A program made the translations under genes and the position numbers. From contig CP012986.1 in assembly GCA_001761425.1 (NCBI GenBank), positions 720,001-752,000 of the forward strand: a DNA stretch of 32,000 bases, written 5' to 3'. Under the pieces are notes generated by a model. That model made no database searches and was not told the DNA's origin. It saw only the letters and a list, made by a program, of their open reading frames with translations. This document shows, in pieces, positions 31,206 to 32,000 of this stretch. The DNA is from Candidatus Saccharimonadota bacterium. GTDB lineage: Archaea > Nanohalarchaeota > Nanosalinia > Nanosalinales > Nanosalinaceae. Positions within the stretch are counted from its first letter, which is position 1. The number at the start of each line of letters is the position of its first letter.

Positions 31206-32000
31206 ATGAAATTTTCAGATTTGACTATTTCGGAAAGTACAGTTTCTAGACTTGAGGAAAACGGTATTACAGAGCCTACAGAGGTTCAGGAAAAGGCCAT
31301 TCCAGAGGTTTTGAACGGGAAGGATCTTCTTGTGGAATCGGAGACAGGTTCAGGGAAGACTCTTGCGTTTTCACTGCCTATGATCGAAAATCTTGACCAT
31401 GAAAGCGGTGAGACAGAGGCCCTGGTACTTTCACCGACGCGTGAGCTGGCTAAACAGATCACCGCGGAGATAGAGATGGCTTCGGACAGTATCGATGCTG
31501 TCACGATTTATGGAGGCGTTGATTACGAGCCTCAGATCCAGGGTGCGAAGGAAGCGAATATAATCGTAGGTACGCCGGGAAGAGTCCTTGATCTGTTACA
31601 GCAGGGAAAGATTGATGTCTCGGATGTCGAATACTTCGTTCTTGACGAGGCAGACAGGATGCTGGACATGGGTTTCCAGGACGAACTGGAAGCCATCATT
31701 GACTTCCTGCCTGGGAAAAGAAAAAATCTACTGTTCGGAGCTACTATCCCGAGAGCACTGAAGAGAATGTGTGACAAATACAGTATAGATCCGGAGATCA
31801 TCCGTATCGAGCCAGGAGAACATACCGCAGAGCTTGAAGAGGCCTATATCAACGTCAAAAACAATAACAAGCTTTCCTACCTCTACACCTTCCTGAAAAA
31901 GAAAGATAGAGACCTGGCTATCGTCTTCTGCCAGACCAAGAACACGACACGCTGGTTAGCGGACAAACTGAGAAAAAACGGTATCAATGCACAGGAGATG
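31206..32000 (+). CDS. DEAD-box ATP-dependent RNA helicase (3' end runs off the window)
   Basis: Not in the ORF track because there is no stop inside the window. Manual translation shows a Q-motif region (TEPTEVQEKAIP), SETGSGKT, SPTRELA, GTPGR and VLDEADRMLDMGF. GGGAGG Shine-Dalgarno lies 9 nt upstream. Confidence 0.9.
   Translation, partial: MKFSDLTISESTVSRLEENGITEPTEVQEKAIPEVLNGKDLLVESETGSGKTLAFSLPMIENLDHESGETEALVLSPTRELAKQITAEIEMASDSIDAVTIYGGVDYEPQIQGAKEANIIVGTPGRVLDLLQQGKIDVSDVEYFVLDEADRMLDMGFQDELEAIIDFLPGKRKNLLFGATIPRALKRMCDKYSIDPEIIRIEPGEHTAELEEAYINVKNNNKLSYLYTFLKKKDRDLAIVFCQTKNTTRWLADKLRKNGINAQEM

Larger units (their letters stand above)
554..31845. repeat. Dispersed hyper-abundant palindromic hexamer AGGCCT (about 126 copies)
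   Basis: Manual line-by-line scan. Copies start at, for example, 554, 829, 1144, 1261, 1365, 1693, 1773, 1939, 2067, 2375, 2476, 2615, 2688, 2959, 3044, 3177, 3382, 3437, 4772, and continue to 31070, 31124 and 31840. Sister palindromes are rare in the same scan: TGGCCA 2, CGGCCG 1, GGGCCC 0. Confidence 0.9.

Noticed and set aside
1-32000. CRISPR arrays, rRNA genes, transposases/IS elements, integrases
   Set aside because: I found no regularly spaced direct repeats, no rRNA-like sequence, and no ORF with DDE, tyrosine-recombinase or serine-recombinase motifs.

Overview
This looks like an archaeal chromosomal segment. All calls rest on reading the sequence and remembering family motifs, with no searches run. 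My inference is a small-genome halophile, Nanohaloarchaeota/DPANN-like. This rests on very acidic predicted proteins, tight gene spacing with ATGA/TAATG overlaps, GGAGGTGA-type Shine-Dalgarno sites and many lineage-specific ORFs.

Recognisable content:
- LemA plus an HtpX-like M48 protease.
- A split YeeE/YedE transporter pair.
- A J-domain protein.
- An intron-containing tRNA-Ile(UAU).
- A PHP phosphatase.
- The archaeal exosome/proteasome superoperon: psmA, SBDS, rrp4, rrp41, rrp42, L37Ae, rpoP, pcc1, prefoldin beta, UPF0147, sepF.
- A lipoprotein SNase nuclease and a geranylgeranyl-reductase-family flavoprotein.
- A wHTH-MNT/HEPN toxin-antitoxin pair.
- aCPSF1 (FttA) plus psmB.
- An MtaD-like amidohydrolase, an M20 deacylase and a DEAD-box helicase that runs off the 3' edge.

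Most notable observations:
1. The palindrome AGGCCT occurs about 126 times by my manual scan, against roughly 7 expected from base composition. It appears in all three codon phases, is about twice as dense in non-coding DNA, and paired copies form intergenic hairpins.
2. The tRNA-Ile(UAU) carries a 128-nt, four-hairpin intron. A 29-bp copy of its 3' end lies 0.8 kb away and bounds a small AT-rich segment that looks like an integrated-element remnant.
3. Two long acidic paralogues carry carboxylate-amine ligase (GCS2/YbdK-like) motifs with the HVHV box replaced by TQLxxG. The second is separated by 1 nt from an M20 deacylase gene.
4. Four tandem orphan ORFs include an internal paralogue pair with duplicated 5' regions.
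5. A low-GC, AGGCCT-free island encodes small zinc-ribbon, membrane and coiled-coil proteins.
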